DNA from: Deferribacterales bacterium
GTDB lineage: Bacteria; Chrysiogenota; Deferribacteres; Deferribacterales; Geovibrionaceae
Direction of reading: 5' to 3'
Assembly (NCBI GenBank): GCA_050253335.1
Contig: JBFWJG010000034.1
Coordinates: forward strand, 1-29,041
DNA: 29,041 nt
Positions 28,166-29,041 of this stretch are shown piece by piece; within the stretch, counting starts at the first letter, position 1; each line of letters begins with the position of its first letter. The position numbers and the translations under genes are program-made. The notes below the pieces were generated by a model, which did no database searches, was not told the DNA's origin, and saw only the letters and a list, made by a program, of their open reading frames with translations.

Positions 28166-28277
28166 TAACTAACGAAAAACGCATTTTAAGTTATTTAAAA
28201 TATACTAACTAACACGCGTGTTACTTACAACAGAAAAACTGAAATTAACTAACGAAAACGCACAAAAACGTTACTTA
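28166..28277. repeat. Three phased inverted-repeat units TAACTAAC-Nx-GTTAyTTA
   Basis: TAACTAAC at 28166, 28206, 28246; GTTATTTA at 28190 and GTTACTTA at 28220, 28270. Confidence 0.75.
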
Positions 28278-28684
28278 ATTTCCTCTGTGATCTTCGCGGC
28301 GAACTCCTGCATGGCGGCGGGATTTTCGTAGCTTACGTGTCTGGCGGAAAAGCGCACCTCATCCCCCTCATATCTGGGAACAATGTGCAGATGCGCATGA
28401 AAGACCTCCTGTCCGGCGGCGGCTCCGTTATTCTGATAAATATTCACACCGTCGCAGTTCAGCGCTTTTTTCATGCCGTTTGCTATTTTTGTGAGAACAG
28501 GATAAATCTTCGCCGCCACATCAAGAGGAGCATCAAATACATTCACAAAATATTTTTTGGGGATAAGCAGAGTATGCCCGAAACTGACCGGACGGATGTC
28601 CAGAATCGCCAGAAAATCATCATCCTCATAAACCTTCGCGCTGGGGATTTCGCCGTTTATAATCTTGGTAAAAATTGTTTCCAT
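28271..28684 (-). CDS. HIT family nucleotide hydrolase
   Basis: IFTKIINGEIP, GHTLLIPK, NG..AGQEVFHAHLHIVPR histidine triad; GGAGG SD before ATG 28684. Confidence 0.94.
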   Translation of the reverse strand: METIFTKIINGEIPSAKVYEDDDFLAILDIRPVSFGHTLLIPKKYFVNVFDAPLDVAAKIYPVLTKIANGMKKALNCDGVNIYQNNGAAAGQEVFHAHLHIVPRYEGDEVRFSARHVSYENPAAMQEFAAKITEEIK

Positions 28685-28761
28685 CAAGCCCTCCGTCACT
28701 GCTCTTTACTGCTGAAATCATATTAAAGCAAACGCCTGATACCCGCAACCCTGTAAATTCA

Positions 28762-28789
28762 TTGAAAATACGGACGAATAAATTATAAT
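28762..28789 (+). promoter_or_regulatory. Sigma70-like promoter for the last gene
   Basis: TTGAAA (28762-28767), N16, TATAAT (28784-28789). Confidence 0.55.
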
Positions 28790-28822
28790 CAGAGTATCTC
28801 TCTTGAAAAAAGGAGTCCGGCA

Positions 28823-29041
28823 ATGAGCGAAGAATCCAAGGGACGCAACGAGGAACTGCTTACCGTTTATAAATATTTTTCTCACAACATACGCACGTCC
28901 ACCTCAACCATTGTGGCCATGATGGAAGCTGTGAAGGACGGTTTTGACGATGACACGGGAGAGATGATGGAGCTTGTTGCGCAGTCCGGCTTCCTGCTTG
29001 ACCTTTTTGACCGTGGAATGAGCGCTACTTTCAGATACATA
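28823..29041 (+). CDS. Partial protein with HisKA-like H-box (runs off window end)
   Basis: AAGGAG SD; MSEESKGRNEELLTVYKYFSHNIRTSTSTIVAMMEAVKDGFDDDTGEMMELVAQSGFLLDLFDRGMSATFRYI. SHNIRT resembles the SHELRT H-box. Confidence 0.7.
   Translation, partial: MSEESKGRNEELLTVYKYFSHNIRTSTSTIVAMMEAVKDGFDDDTGEMMELVAQSGFLLDLFDRGMSATFRYI

Noticed and set aside
28166..28277. CRISPR or mini-array interpretation of the 40-bp periodic repeats
   Set aside because: The repeats are only 8 bp, the spacers are related to each other, and no cas genes are present.
1..29041. rRNA, tRNA, IS elements, integrase or prophage genes
   Set aside because: None recognised on either strand; tRNAscan-SE and ISEScan would confirm.

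Overview
Chromosomal window from a Gram-negative, motile bacterium. The gene content and style suggest Deferribacterota (Geovibrio/Denitrovibrio-like); this is an inference, not a search result. In order, the window holds: a truncated PAS protein; a CHASE-PAS-GGDEF diguanylate cyclase; YitT and CNNM/CBS membrane proteins; a TetR regulator with tandem operators; a secreted hypothetical protein; a speA-CASDH-nspC polyamine operon; an orphan FepA-like TonB-dependent receptor; a split PqiA/LetA pair plus an 8-MCE-domain LetB-like protein; two MCPs; a 45-aa lipoprotein missed by the ORF track; a Zn alcohol dehydrogenase; an accessory patch (AAA_14 ATPase, Phd-RelE/ParE toxin-antitoxin pair, YjdM/PhnA, Fic protein); a HIT protein; and a truncated HisKA-like gene. 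The best novelty candidate is a ~150-nt structured 5' leader on the FepA-like receptor. It has a three-stem junction and a mutually exclusive anti-Shine-Dalgarno pairing, and matches no riboswitch I recognise. Also notable are the 8-ring MCE tunnel with split, apparently leaderless LetA, and a helically phased three-unit inverted-repeat array upstream of the Fic gene. No rRNA, tRNA, CRISPR array, transposase or integrase was seen.
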